Source: a virus. Taken from it: DNA of 64,000 bases. The stretch lies in the IMG/VR virus record IMGVR_UViG_3300046780_000148, positions 1 through 64,000 of that record. One strand, given 5' to 3'. The number at the start of each line of letters is the position of its first letter. Within the stretch, counting starts at the first letter, position 1. Below are positions 9,013-19,892 of the stretch, in pieces. The notes under the pieces are model-generated. The model was not told the DNA's origin. It searched no databases and saw only the letters and a program-made list of their open reading frames with translations. The translations under genes and the position numbers were made by a program.

Positions 9013-10714
9013 TGGAGATCAAACCGCTTATCGAGGTTATCAAGGACCTCGTAGCAGAAGGCGTGCTCAGCGACGAGCGCTGTCCGCAGCCTGAGTACTG
9101 GCACTGGGACGTGTTGAAGCCTGAGGCACTCGATAAGGACTTCGCACGTTGCTACGACGAGTGCGAAGAGATTCGCTGGAACGGCTTCGACTGGCGCGAG
9201 GAGCCCTACTACGGAGAAGGATCGAAATGAAACTGAAAGAGTTCGGCGGCATCGAAGCACTACAGCCTGGCGACCTGATCGCCGTTACACGTTACCTTGC
9301 CGTTCATAGCTACTATGAGGGGCGTAACATCATCGAAGTCGTGACCGAAGACGGTTCGATTGATGTCATTGGGGAGTCGGCAATCGTAGACGTCGTCGTC
9401 AAGTCCAACACAGAATACTAGGAGAGACGTGGACTCCCAAGAGTTTGATCGTCACCGCGCACGAGTGGAAGCAACCGAACGCGCAGAAATCGCCGTACTC
9501 GTTGGTCGCGACGTGACTCGTTCCGAGCGTGAACGTATGCCTGTTTATGATCTGTCTGTGGCATATGCGCGTGTCGTCTCTCGCATCGAACGCGATGTGG
9601 TCTGGCGTATCCAAGATAACGATGCACCAGGTGCAGAGATCGACGACGAGTGCGCCTATCTCGTCGCGGTCTACTTCATGTCAATGGGCAAGCGAGGTCG
9701 CCTGAGTCGTTCGGAACCCTGGGACAGTCAAACGGGATTCAGTTCTTCGCAGGCGTGGACCATGTACAACCTGCTGAAGGTACTCAAGCAGGACGGCCGC
9801 ATCATCGTCACAGAGTTCGCGAGAGGACAGTAATGGTACAGCGTTGGTTGGGTCTTAGCGATAGGACCATGATGCTCCTGTGTAAGGCGTACTTCGTACT
9901 AGTGGTCGTAGCCATGTTCGCAGAAGCTTGCGGTGGCGGAGGAAACGGGAGTCGATACTAATGCGTTGGTTAACGCATCAAGGCCTTTGTCCATGTATCG
10001 CTCTGATCCTGGCAGTCGTATTCATCTTCATCCTAGTGAAGACGGAGAATCACTGATGGACAATCACAATCCCACGTGGGAAACCAAAGAGCGGGCCGAC
10101 GAGCAAGTCTTGAGTGACTCCAGAAAACAGTTCTTGCGGGGTGAAATGGGTGATCTTGTAGCTTCGGGCGTTCTTCATGTAACACCTGAGGGTGCGTACG
10201 AGTTCACAAGTGGTCCTACTTGGGGTGATGTGGGTTGCGAACGTCGTCTGGATAAGTGTGATCACGCGCCTGACGACGGATGCATGTGGTGCTGTATGTG
10301 CTGTAATCTAGACACTCACAGGTGTCCGGGCTGCGGTACCGTTACAGATCATAAGAACACTGCATGCGACGAGTGCAAGAAGCTCTAGCTTGACGTGAGC
10401 TGTTCCTAGCCAATGATTTCATTGGCTGGGTTCATAGAACGTCAAACAAAGGAGATAACATGAACAAAGCACTACCGTCGCCTGTTGCAGACCGAGTCGA
10501 CTTCAATTCTGAAGAGTCGAGTCTGGGCTGGGCCGTTCGTTCCGTAGTGACAACGGGTGACAAAGCGTTCATCGCTATTTATCGTGCGTCCTGCATTACA
10601 TGGGACCAAACGGTGCAGGGTGAACTGGTTACACTTCTCGAGGACGATCAGGCGGACCTTACTAGTCTCGCGATCGCAATCAACCGTCACGTTGCCATAA
10701 GGAGTTGGTTGTAA
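9012..10714 (+). other. Run of small hypothetical genes (9012-9230, 9227-9421, 9429-9833, 9933-10388, 10460-10714)
   Basis: Coupled ORFs with RBSs; 9933-10388 has a Cys-rich C-terminus. Confidence 0.6.
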
Positions 10715-10779
10715 ATGGGGTTTGCATGTATTGTTTTAGGTCTAGTTGCGATCGCATCACTACTGGCAGCTTGGATTAT

Positions 10780-10905
10780 GTCTAACTAAAGTCTAACAGC
10801 TATGGTCATTAGACCCGTAGAGCTATGTAGCTTCATATAGTTCATCGGTTAGACCTATAAGAGACTCAGTTAGACGCTAGTAGAGACTTCAAGCTAAGCT
10901 TTAGA
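10780..10905. repeat. Phased TTAGAC/GTCTAA element, copy A
   Basis: GTCTAA at 10780, 10791; TTAGAC at 10849, 10870; TAGTAGAGACTTCAAGCTA identical to copy D. Confidence 0.8.
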
Positions 10906-10918
10906 GAATCGAGGAAAG

Positions 10919-11522
10919 ATGGACAAGGGAGAAGGAACTCCCGAAAGGCTTGAATCACGTAATCGTGCTACGATCAACGCCTTAAGCTATCGTATTGGCA
11001 GTAAGGTGGGATTGGTACAACATCTCAAAGAGATGGGTAAGCCTATCCCGCAGAAGTTGATCGATGAGATTGAAGTTCTTAGGCATCAACTAGAATTCGC
11101 TAGGGAGAATCGATGATCTTTGAAGCACTACTGCGCAAGTACTGGTATCGTAAGAGTGTCGAACTGGGTACTCCTACTTGGGACCAGCCGACGCTTCAAA
11201 TGCGAATCCCTATTCTGGATGAGCGATCGAACACTGAGCTGACAGAGCTATCGCGCAGTCTTCGTTGGAATGGTCACCTGCCTCCCAAGGGCTATCACGA
11301 GTGAAGCAGACCACTCCCGAGAAGTGGGGTACGGTCGTTCATCGTGGTCACGGACGTTGGGGCTTTGAATGTGCCTTCTGCATCACAGGTAGTATGAGAG
11401 CACCTGATTGGGCACGAGCAACGTCGGATAAGGCTTTGACCGCACATGTCGTTGAAAGGCATGCTAACGAGCAACCCGTCAGAGATATTTTGAATCCGCA
11501 AAAAGATTTCCAAAATATCTAA
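10919..11522 (+). other. Three small hypothetical genes (10919-11116, 11113-11304, 11301-11522)
   Basis: ATGA/GTGA overlaps; the last has a CxxC...HxxxxH zinc-finger-like motif. Confidence 0.6.
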
Positions 11523-11532
11523 TTTTCCCCAC

Positions 11533-11561
11533 TTGATTTTCCATTTTGTCCCATGTAAAAT
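11533..11561 (+). promoter_or_regulatory. Early promoter
   Basis: TTGATT-17-TAAAAT, same family as 1413 and 2983. Confidence 0.7.
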
Positions 11562-14090
11562 AAGATTAGCACACAAATTCAACTCCAAAAGGAGCCCGGA
11601 TGAACCTGAATAAAAAGGAACAGGAACGAAGGTTCGAAGAAATGTTAGAACAGTTGTATGATCTGGATCGTGGGCAGCTCCGCCAGCTTGCCTTTGAGGC
11701 CTTGCTGATCAGTGATGGTCCGATGCATATCGGAGATGAAGACCCCGAAGCCATCAAGCGTAGCACCTTCGATGTGGTTATGCATCGTAAGAGCCAGTTC
11801 GCATTCGAGGACACTCAAACGGAAATCAAAGTGAAGCACAGCTTCGTGATCGGACAGAAATGAGACAGTACGTCGTAACGGTTAAGCTCAAGAAGAATCC
11901 CAACCACGACCCACACAACAAGGTCGCTGGTCTGTGCCCTCTTGCAGAAATTCTGCACCAGGTAGGTGAGTGTTCCGATTCAACGGGAGAACATCACACC
12001 TTCTTGTACGAAGATGCAGATCACACAACAGCAGAAATGGTCCACCGATACCTGTCAGGACAATTTCACATCACACGTGTCGAAGAGGTAATATGACAGA
12101 CGAGGAAGAGATCGACATGCTATTGAGCATGCCGATTACTAACCGAGAAGAGGCAGACGCCTTCATCGACGCCGTATGGGCTCGTACGGACAGGATCAAT
12201 AAGGAGCGACGTGACCGAACCAACATTCATGTTGAGCAGGGAGAACGTTCAGAGGTCTAGTCGGTGTACCAACTGGCAGGCTCTCAAGAAGGATCTTAGG
12301 AAAGATCCTACAGCCACCAAGCTCATTCGACTTCGGAACTATCTCGCGAAGCCCCAGGATGTCACAGTATGCGGATGCACACAACGAGACAAGTGGATTC
12401 AGGCGTACAGCTACCTGAACTCCTTGACTAAGCTCGGAATGATCATGGCAGTATTCACACGAGACCTAGAAGACGACAAGATCACCATTCTGAAGGAGAA
12501 GTAGATTGGGCGAGAACTTCGGACGAGGAGGCAATACGCAACGAGTTGCAGATCTTACCGTGGTTCAAACAACCCCTGAACAACGATCAATCATCGCAAG
12601 TTACATTCAGCTCCAGAAGGAGGAACAAAAACATCTTGATCTTGTAGAACAAGACCGAGATCTCATGGCACTGCAAGTAACGCGCCTAAGAGATTCAGGC
12701 CTAAGAAAGCAAAAGATTCAAGCGGTACTACAGATTAAGAGTGGTTGGCGGCTCGAGGACTTGCTTGAGCGTGGTCGAAACGTTGAAGCACAACAACAAC
12801 TATTGAAGGAGAAGTGGGATGGCAAACCGGCTCAGCGAAGTAGTTCTGACTAGCGTCATGACCAAGGATGGTCCTCGTACCATGCCTCTGGCGGGCTGGG
12901 CGAGTGGTCGTAACAAGGGAGTTGCGGCTATCATCAAGGCCAACAAGCGTGACGAGGCGCTCGAGCGCAACAAGAAGACCAAGCCGGAGCGTCGTAAGGC
13001 ATCCTGGAGTGCCCCGGTTGGACGTGTGAAGTAATGCACTACTGGGCATTTATGATTGGAATGGTTGTAGGAGGCATCCTCAGCTACCTGGGCGCACTCG
13101 TAGCAATCCGCGAATACAAACGACAATTGGAGAAGAAGTAATGGCGCGCCTTACTGAAGATTCAACCTGGTTGATCCAGCAGATCGCAGGTCTGGTGATC
13201 CTCTATCAAGAGGGTTCGGAAGACGAGATCGTGCAATTCGACCCTCGTGATTCGAATGCGACCGCACAAGCACAGGGCGTTATCTGGCAGAGCGATCGGC
13301 TCACTGACGAAGAGAAGAGCTTCGCATCGTTTTGGAGCGGCTACTTCTACGCACACGTAGTACACGCAGCATGATCAAGAGAGTCGCATGCCTCGCATGT
13401 CACGTTCGCGGTTGGTTCCTCTTCGGAGGCTCTGTAGTATTCTGTAAGCATGCCAAGGATTGTGTCAAGAGCGATGTATACATCGAGGTGAACAAGTGAA
13501 GGTCATCGTCATCCTCAAGGGTGAACCCGACAGTATGAATGAGCGCAGAACCTTCGCAGCCGTAGCCAGAGACGAAGAGTCGGCTATCGAATGGGTTACC
13601 AAGAGACACCCTGCTGCAAAGGCAAAAGACATTGAACATCTTCTCAAGTACGGCTGGTACCTCCTACAAGAGGAGTACGTAAACTGATGCACACCACAGA
13701 AATAGGTGGAGTCGTCTTCCATCACAATGGTGACTACAGTGGTGACGTGACCATCGCAGGCACCTTTGGCGCACACGCTACCGTCGAAGTTCCGTTCGAA
13801 ACACTGGAGCGACTAGTCGCCATGAAGAAGCAGCAAGCTCTGATCGTCTTCATCGAAGGTCTCGACCTCCGTACTTCTGAAGGTCGATCATCTCTTGAGG
13901 TAATCCGAGGTGCGATCAACGCTATCTTCATGGAACGATAAGTAATCCAAGCCCGTGTGGTTGTTTGTTTCGTGCACGAAGCGATATTCATTGATCTGAA
14001 TAAGACTTCGTGCATGTTACAAGTCACCACAGAGCGTGACTCGCCGCGAATATGCGGTTTGGACCATAAACCTCAAGAGAGGAAGGTCAC

Positions 14091-14357
14091 ATGCGTTTCA
14101 TGTTCATTTGTACGTTGCACGACGGGCCACTAGCCCCGACCATTACCAGATATGGGCCTGGAGAGCTTGGTGATTCCATCGATGGTCCGATGTTCGTGGA
14201 GCAGCGCAAGGTTGGAATTTCGCACGCAGGCCGTGCTACCGATGCACCACTCGTGTGGGTTGTGGATCTGGAAAACATGATCTGCGTGAGGGACATCGAG
14301 AACGGTGGCGACAACGCCTGCGCAACGGGCTGGTGGGAAACCGTGGTGGTACCGTGA
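14091..14357 (+). CDS. Cys-containing hypothetical protein (paralog family A)
   Basis: CTLH...WVVDLENMIC...CATGW. Confidence 0.6.
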   Translation: MRFMFICTLHDGPLAPTITRYGPGELGDSIDGPMFVEQRKVGISHAGRATDAPLVWVVDLENMICVRDIENGGDNACATGWWETVVVP

Positions 14358-14527
14358 AAGCATCACAGCTGATGAGACTTCTCCTCGAACGTATGGGTGA
14401 ACACGGAGATCTCGAGGTTACAATCTTTGACGACGAAACGTGTGCCTACTACCCCGTAGAGGCCGTCCTTGTGACTAAGGACTTCGGCAAGCCTACCGAC
14501 ATAATGGTTCTCGAGGAGGCAGCGTGA
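14354..14527 (+). CDS. Small hypothetical protein (paralog of 24352-24528)
   Basis: MKASQL...HGDLEV vs MKASDL...YGDHDV. Confidence 0.6.
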   Translation: MKASQLMRLLLERMGEHGDLEVTIFDDETCAYYPVEAVLVTKDFGKPTDIMVLEEAA

Positions 14528-15525
14528 AGCAGTTCATTTTCACTGGTGGTCTGATGCGATGCTGCACAGGAACGTTTGATGTCTACGAAGTAGAACCGAC
14601 TCCGGGGCAGATCATTCCGTGTCGGCACTGCTCCGGCTCGATGATCGTTAACGTCGAGACAGTTCGAGGCGAAGAGGTTCTCGCATGGCGCTGGAACAAG
14701 CCTACACTCGATGAGGTGTTCAAGTGAGGGCCTACTACAAGCTTGCGCCTGGAGAAACGCAGCCAAGCTCCTACATCCTTAAGGCAGACAAGACCGACTA
14801 CGCCTGCATCGGCGCCGCTTGTGAAAGTGCATTGCGTATTCTAGATGCGGCTGTAGCAGAAGGCGCGGCCGACGACGGACTAGTAGCCGTGTACAAGTTG
14901 ATCTTGCTCGCGATCGACAATCCGGAGCGTGTGAAGTGAGGGACGTACAAGCGTACAAGATTGCTGTTGAGGCTTGGAATAAGCATGGGTACCTCAAGCT
15001 CTTCGTTCTACCAGAAGAGAGGCTTGAGGCCGCTGTCGATGCGATGCAGACCTACTACGAGAAAGAGGTCGAAACGCTTCGGGCATTTCTCTGGGAGATC
15101 TATGCGGCTACGGGCTGCGACACGATGGACTACCAGTCAGCTCCTCCTAAGGGTTGTATGTTCCCGGACATCGAAGAGATGGCCCTCGAGGCCGTGAAGG
15201 AACTTCGTATCGAACGCGACAAAGCTGTTGAGACAGGGGAGTACTGATGAGTAGAGTTCCTATGCCCATCTGGATCGGTCTTGCCGCAGTTGTTATGGTC
15301 GCGGGATGCGTGTTCGCGTACAAGTACGATCAGAAGTGGCAGGCACACTGTCGTAACGATCTTCATGGGCACGTGCTTAGTCACACGTCGTACACTACTA
15401 CGATCGTTACTACGTACGACAAGAAGGGTAATCCTCATACAGGCACAGGAACGTCGTCAACCACGACTACGTGGTGTGCCTCCAACAATGGCACAGTTCT
15501 CGAGTACGAAAACTAAGGAGCAACC

Positions 15526-15840
15526 ATGTTGAAGCCAGGTAAGGGTGCATTCATTCCAGTGAATGAAGAAATGCTGGATTGGCTGCACGCCACGTTCGAG
15601 GAGATCTGGAGCGCTGCCGGCGATGAGGGTGAACTGAACAACCTCATCGACGAAGGCAAGGGTGCCCAGTTCCTTCGGCACGTCGCAGGGTCTGCTGCGG
15701 GATGGCGTGGAGAAGAGGACGAGTTTGGATCCAAGATCTACAAGCAGATGCCTTGGGGCGAAGGAGCTTATCGCGTCACGGTTATTCTAGACAAGAGCAA
15801 GAAGCTCAAGATCGATGTACGTCAGTGGTACGAAGGGTGA
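15526..15840 (+). CDS. Hypothetical protein, possible PC4-like ssDNA-binding C-terminus
   Basis: AAGGAG RBS; C-terminal KIDVRQWY. Confidence 0.55.
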   Translation: MLKPGKGAFIPVNEEMLDWLHATFEEIWSAAGDEGELNNLIDEGKGAQFLRHVAGSAAGWRGEEDEFGSKIYKQMPWGEGAYRVTVILDKSKKLKIDVRQWYEG

Positions 15841-17167
15841 AAAGGTACTTCTTTATTGCCTGTATCGCATGTTGGATTTGGGCCCTCATAGGACTCGTCT
15901 TAACATTCGAGGTCGATTGGCAATTTATTAACATGACCATCGGCGCAGGGTTCTGGGCAACCATGCTAACGATAGTGAACATCGTTATTTGGTTTGCAGA
16001 ACGTAAGGAAGAACGTAAATGAATAAGCCTAGTAAGGTGCACGGCAAGGATCCTAAGACGCCCACTAAGGGTCGATGTGGCGAAGGAAAAGCTTGGAAGA
16101 CGTCTATCGCACTTGCCGAAGACATTGCAGAAGTCACTTGCAGGCGTTGTCTTGCACTGTTTGAGCTCGACAAAGAGAAAGTAGGGCGTAATGATTAAGA
16201 TTGAAACCGAAGGTGATCTCCAGAACGCTATTGGAAATGCATGTCTCGACGACGGTCTGGACGACCCAGAAATTCGGGAACTGAAAGTTATCGTGCGACA
16301 CAAGGACAGGAACTGGCAAATTAGTTCTGTTGTTCTGGTTGGCGACGCACTCTTCCTGGTAATTGACTGATGTATACGTGCAACGGTTGTTGTAGCGATG
16401 TTCGTTCAAGGCGAACATACTACATCTATCGAACGCGGCTCGGTATCTGGTGGCATGAACTCTGGAGGCACTAATGGCTAAAGGCATGGGAAGTTCGTAC
16501 ACGCGCAACAGGCGTCAGAAGCACGTACGAGGCAATAGCTCTGCTCGGGGCACTTCCAAGGGTGGAGGCTGCCCCTTTACCTTGTTGATGATCCTGGCAT
16601 TGCCTACGATCGTCATTGTTGGATCGATTACAGCAGTTGTGCACCTGATCGGATAGTTACCTTTGTCGGCGAATCGAACCTGAGTCGTCGGCATTGGAAC
16701 CGCACCCGAGCGGGAAAGGAGATAAGATGGAGAGCGTAAAGTTGGTGCAGGTTCTGTCCGATGAGGAATTGGAAGAGCTTGCTAAGCAACTGTACAAGTA
16801 TGCAGAGACCCACTACAACGCTGGTGGCTGGGATGTCATCGTCGAATGTATGGAAATCTCCGAGATCTTCGAGGACCTGAAAGAAGGCTACCCCGAGATC
16901 GACACTCGACTGTCTCAGCCGGTAAAGGACTTCGAAGATGCACTCAAGGTCTTCGAGTCACGTATTGACATCTGGTCCGATCGTCAGGCCGAAGCGAAGT
17001 TCTATGAGGACAACGTATGAAAGCATGGTGTGAGTATTGTCGGTTACGAATTATTTGGAACAAGGCTACTCGGCGCTGGGACGTTGTAACGAAGCAATCT
17101 TGTCCCAAGTTCGTGTGTCCACTATCGGCTCACTCGCAGCATGATCCAGTAGAAGGGCGGCCTACGT

Positions 17168-17422
17168 ATGAGCCTAGCTGATGAGGAACAAGAGAAAGAC
17201 GATCCCATTTTACATCCAGAGGATATTGCGCCTTACTTTAGGGTGAAGCCTAAGACGGTATCTCGCTGGATCGAACGAGGGTTAATCATTGGCTTCCAAA
17301 CTCCTGGAGGACGATACGTAGCAAGAGAGTCAGAAGTACACAAAGCACGGAAAGAGTTTGAGTTCCGAGACAGGGGACCATTTAGAGAAAGGCAGAGTCG
17401 TGACAGCGGAACGAACGCGTAA
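17168..17422 (+). CDS. BldC-like (MerR/Xis-type HTH) DNA-binding protein
   Basis: LHPEDIAPYFRVKPKTVSRW...TPGG...RESEV closely follows the actinomycete BldC pattern LTPAEVAxxFRVDPKTVTRW...TLGG...REAEV. Confidence 0.8.
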   Translation: MSLADEEQEKDDPILHPEDIAPYFRVKPKTVSRWIERGLIIGFQTPGGRYVARESEVHKARKEFEFRDRGPFRERQSRDSGTNA

Positions 17423-17822
17423 AGACACTACACCAAAGAACGATCGAGAAGCAATCCTATTCGCGCATGCTCGAATGATCCACTTCTACAATCTCGCACG
17501 CGAGAACGCTCTTCTTGCGGACAAGATTGTACAGAAGTATGTAGAAACGTATCAGCTTGGCGGTACGCGATACACAAGCAAGGAGTCCGCGGAAACTGCT
17601 GGTCGTGCAGATCCTCGATACAAGGACTTTGTCGCAGGTAACCAGATGTACGATCGTTGGCACGCTCGCGAGTCGCTACATGTGCAGGGCCTTATCGCAT
17701 TCGGCAAGTGGCGAGAAGAGCTCAAGGCAAGTAGCAATTGGGCAGCCGAACTCATAAACGATGCATCCTACGAAGCTAAGGTTGTTCTATCATTTCGTCA
17801 ACCCCAAGAGCGCCTACCATAG
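17358..17822 (+). CDS. Hypothetical protein
   Basis: ORF track; true start may be slightly downstream (GTG ~17400). Confidence 0.6.
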   Translation: MSSETGDHLEKGRVVTAERTRKDTTPKNDREAILFAHARMIHFYNLARENALLADKIVQKYVETYQLGGTRYTSKESAETAGRADPRYKDFVAGNQMYDRWHARESLHVQGLIAFGKWREELKASSNWAAELINDASYEAKVVLSFRQPQERLP

Positions 17823-17863
17823 AAATAAGGAAACAAGGAAAAATTTTGCCCATAAAATCTTCC

Positions 17864-17893
17864 TTGATTTTCTATTGTCACCCAAGTTATAAT
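17864..17893 (+). promoter_or_regulatory. Early-type promoter
   Basis: TTGATT-18-TATAAT with upstream A-tract. Confidence 0.65.
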
Positions 17894-17930
17894 TAGTTAT
17901 CAGCGCAAATTGATTACAGATGAGGTCGGA

Positions 17931-18335
17931 ATGAGTACGTATTTTAGCGCAATGTATCCTGTTCCGGGCCCCATCAAACGTCAGTTTGCGTTTGACCCGG
18001 CAATTGTACCTGTCGCGCCCCTGTGGAGCTCTGTAAAGAGTCACCGTGCTGCGCACGACGACTTTGAAACTTGGTGGGATCAAGGATTCCAAACACGACT
18101 CTTGATCCGCATCAAGTTCCACGAGGGCTTAACCCGAATCATCCCCAAATGGGACTTGACGGATACACGAATCGTCATGCGACCCATCGGGGAGTTCTGC
18201 AAGAAAGCGTACCAAGATGCGAAGAATCACCACGCGAAGAAGAGTCGGTGGTGGCGCACAGGCAATGCACAATTCAACGAGAAAATTGCATCGAAAAATT
18301 CTTCGATTGCCCCGTTGATTGTCTCTGAAGCATAG
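17931..18335 (+). CDS. Hypothetical protein
   Basis: GAGG RBS downstream of promoter. Confidence 0.6.
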   Translation: MSTYFSAMYPVPGPIKRQFAFDPAIVPVAPLWSSVKSHRAAHDDFETWWDQGFQTRLLIRIKFHEGLTRIIPKWDLTDTRIVMRPIGEFCKKAYQDAKNHHAKKSRWWRTGNAQFNEKIASKNSSIAPLIVSEA

Positions 18336-18343
18336 ACTATTAT
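18315..18343 (+). promoter_or_regulatory. Promoter for the protein + ncRNA unit
   Basis: TTGATT-17-TATTAT with upstream AAAAATT. Confidence 0.6.
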
Positions 18344-18405
18344 TAAGGAGTAGCAAAACCATGGGAAGTAAATCCCGAACCCGCGCAAACCAAGGAGCAG
18401 TAAAC

Positions 18406-19092
18406 GTGTCTACCCCGTTCGATACCGCAGAAGAGACCGAGACCGTCGAAGAGAACACCACGGTCGACGAGACCGAAGAGCTTCCGACCGAAGAGGTTGC
18501 CGAGGTCGACGTGCCCGAAGCACTCGACGACGAAGAGACCGATGCGCCGGCCGAGCCTGTTACCCCCGCAACGGGTGAGAAGGCTCCGAAGGCCGAGAAG
18601 GCTCCGAAGGCTCCGAAGGCTCCGGCTCGCGATTCCGCGCCGGAAGGTTATGTCACCGCGGTCGAGTTCGCCAAGATCCTGACGGCGCACCTCGAGGCGC
18701 AGGGCGCGAGCAACAAGAACGGCAAGATCACGACCAAGTCGGCCGAGGAGCCGGGTAACCCGATTCCGCCGCAGCAGATCTACAGCACGATCAACCAGTA
18801 CAAGGGTAAGACGGACGCGAAGAACCCGTTCCCGACGTACACCTCCTTCAAGGATGGTACGGTTCAGCCCACTGCCACTGCATCGGCTCCGACGGCCGAG
18901 AACCCGATCAGCCGCGAGTGGCTCGTGAAGGCCGAAGAGGCGCTGGCGTGGTGGGACGCTAAGGCGACCCGCGTTGCCGCTTCGAAGACCTCCAAGGCGG
19001 AGAAGGAAGCTGCGAAGGCTGCGAAGGCTGCTGCGACTCCGGTCGTCGAGGCTGAGGCTACCACCGACGCCGAAGTTGTCGAAGCTGAATGA
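18406..19092 (+). CDS. Putative nucleic-acid-binding protein (acidic N-terminus, KAP repeats, AK-rich tail)
   Basis: AAGGAG RBS before GTG; strongly biased codons; TAVEFAK...PQQIY core; alternative start 18361. Confidence 0.75.
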   Translation: MSTPFDTAEETETVEENTTVDETEELPTEEVAEVDVPEALDDEETDAPAEPVTPATGEKAPKAEKAPKAPKAPARDSAPEGYVTAVEFAKILTAHLEAQGASNKNGKITTKSAEEPGNPIPPQQIYSTINQYKGKTDAKNPFPTYTSFKDGTVQPTATASAPTAENPISREWLVKAEEALAWWDAKATRVAASKTSKAEKEAAKAAKAAATPVVEAEATTDAEVVEAE

Positions 19093-19187
19093 TCTCCAAG
19101 CTCCTTAACTAGCTGCGGTCCTATAGAGGGCGAGCTAGTTAAGGTTAGACCGGTGCACGTCGTTGTCGCATCCGACGTGCACCACTT

Positions 19188-19256
19188 GGGCACGTGGTGT
19201 AATTACTGCACCTCCGAGCTTATCGGAAGGTAGAGGTGTAAATCCTCTCGTGCCCT
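19188..19256 (+). ncRNA. tRNA-like cloverleaf with 5-nt anticodon loop (non-canonical)
   Basis: GGGCACG/CGTGCCC acceptor, GTGT/GCAC D stem, TCCGA/TCGGA stem with loop GCTTA, AGAGG-TGTAAAT-CCTCT T arm. Confidence 0.65.
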
Positions 19257-19314
19257 CGGGAATGACAGCGCCACTGTTTGGGGTTCCATCCTTCAAACCA
19301 GGAAGACTGTCAAG

Positions 19315-19421
19315 GTGGATGATGGACTCAGTTGGCAGAGTCTCCTCAGCTGTGCGCGCCCTTCTCGGGTTGGGAAGGCGATAGCTTAGGACGTTCGTAG
19401 GTTCGAATCCTACCATCCATC
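19315..19421 (+). ncRNA. tRNA-like RNA, anticodon arm replaced by long hairpin
   Basis: GTGGATG/CATCCAT acceptor; GACTC-AGTTGGCA-GAGTC D arm; GTAGG-TTCGAAT-CCTAC T arm; ~49-nt irregular hairpin in anticodon position. Confidence 0.8.
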
Positions 19422-19491
19422 CTGGTGTAGAGATCGTATCCAGTTCACACCTGACGATCTCTATACCTTTACTACAACACAAGGAGATGCG

Positions 19492-19776
19492 ATGGCACGA
19501 AGTGGTAAGCCCCAGGTTGGAAAAGAGAAGTACATCGCCCAGCGTACGACGAAGGATCGGTACGAGCCTCGTCAGCGGACGGTTGGTGGGGTAGTATCTG
19601 AAGGTCAGATTAAGATCGATCAGAGTACTTCGTACAGCGATATCACGAGGAACTACTTGGATCGTTTCCAAGGCGTCCCTACCATTACCGAGTTCGATCT
19701 TCTTCAGATCGACAAGAAGTGGCGTACGATCGGTAAGAAGGCCGAGGCAGGTATCCTGCTCGGGGCTAAGTACTAA
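19492..19776 (+). CDS. Small basic hypothetical protein inside ncRNA island
   Basis: AAGGAGATGCGATG start context. Confidence 0.7.
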   Translation: MARSGKPQVGKEKYIAQRTTKDRYEPRQRTVGGVVSEGQIKIDQSTSYSDITRNYLDRFQGVPTITEFDLLQIDKKWRTIGKKAEAGILLGAKY

Positions 19777-19780
19777 AGCT

Positions 19781-19892
19781 TGCTGGGTAGTTGTATGGGT
19801 AAAATACCTCAATCGCAAATGCTGACGGGCATGATGTATGCCTTCCCCCAAGGTGTACGGAGGAGAAGGTGGTTCGAGTCCACCCCCGGTAA
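19781..19892 (+). ncRNA. tRNA-like RNA with inserted anticodon arm
   Basis: TGCTGGG/CCCGGTA acceptor; GGTGG-TTCGAGT-CCACC T arm; CCTC/GAGG closes a ~49-nt insert; weak D arm. Confidence 0.65.

Larger units (their letters stand above)
11600..17020 (+). other. Dense block of ~20 small hypothetical early genes
   Basis: e.g. 11600-11863, 11860-12096, 12211-12504, 12506-12853, 12819-13034, 13141-13374, 13687-13941, 14524-14727, 14724-14939, 14936-15247, 15247-15516 (TM), 16474-16656 (TM), 16727-17020; mostly coupled by overlaps. Confidence 0.6.

Noticed and set aside
10780-10905. TTAGAC elements as MITEs or IS ends
   Set aside because: No transposase, no target-site duplications and ragged boundaries.
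16660-16695. Minus-strand GGTTCGATTC as another T arm
   Set aside because: Flanks do not form a T stem or acceptor; only a simple + strand hairpin is present.
19188-19256. Functional tRNA-Lys(CTT)
   Set aside because: Opening a pair gives a 7-nt loop AGCTTAT, but U33, the D-loop GG and the TTC T loop are all missing; kept only as tRNA-like.
19343-19391. Archaeal-type BHB tRNA intron
   Set aside because: No bulge-helix-bulge geometry, and no canonical anticodon loop is regenerated.
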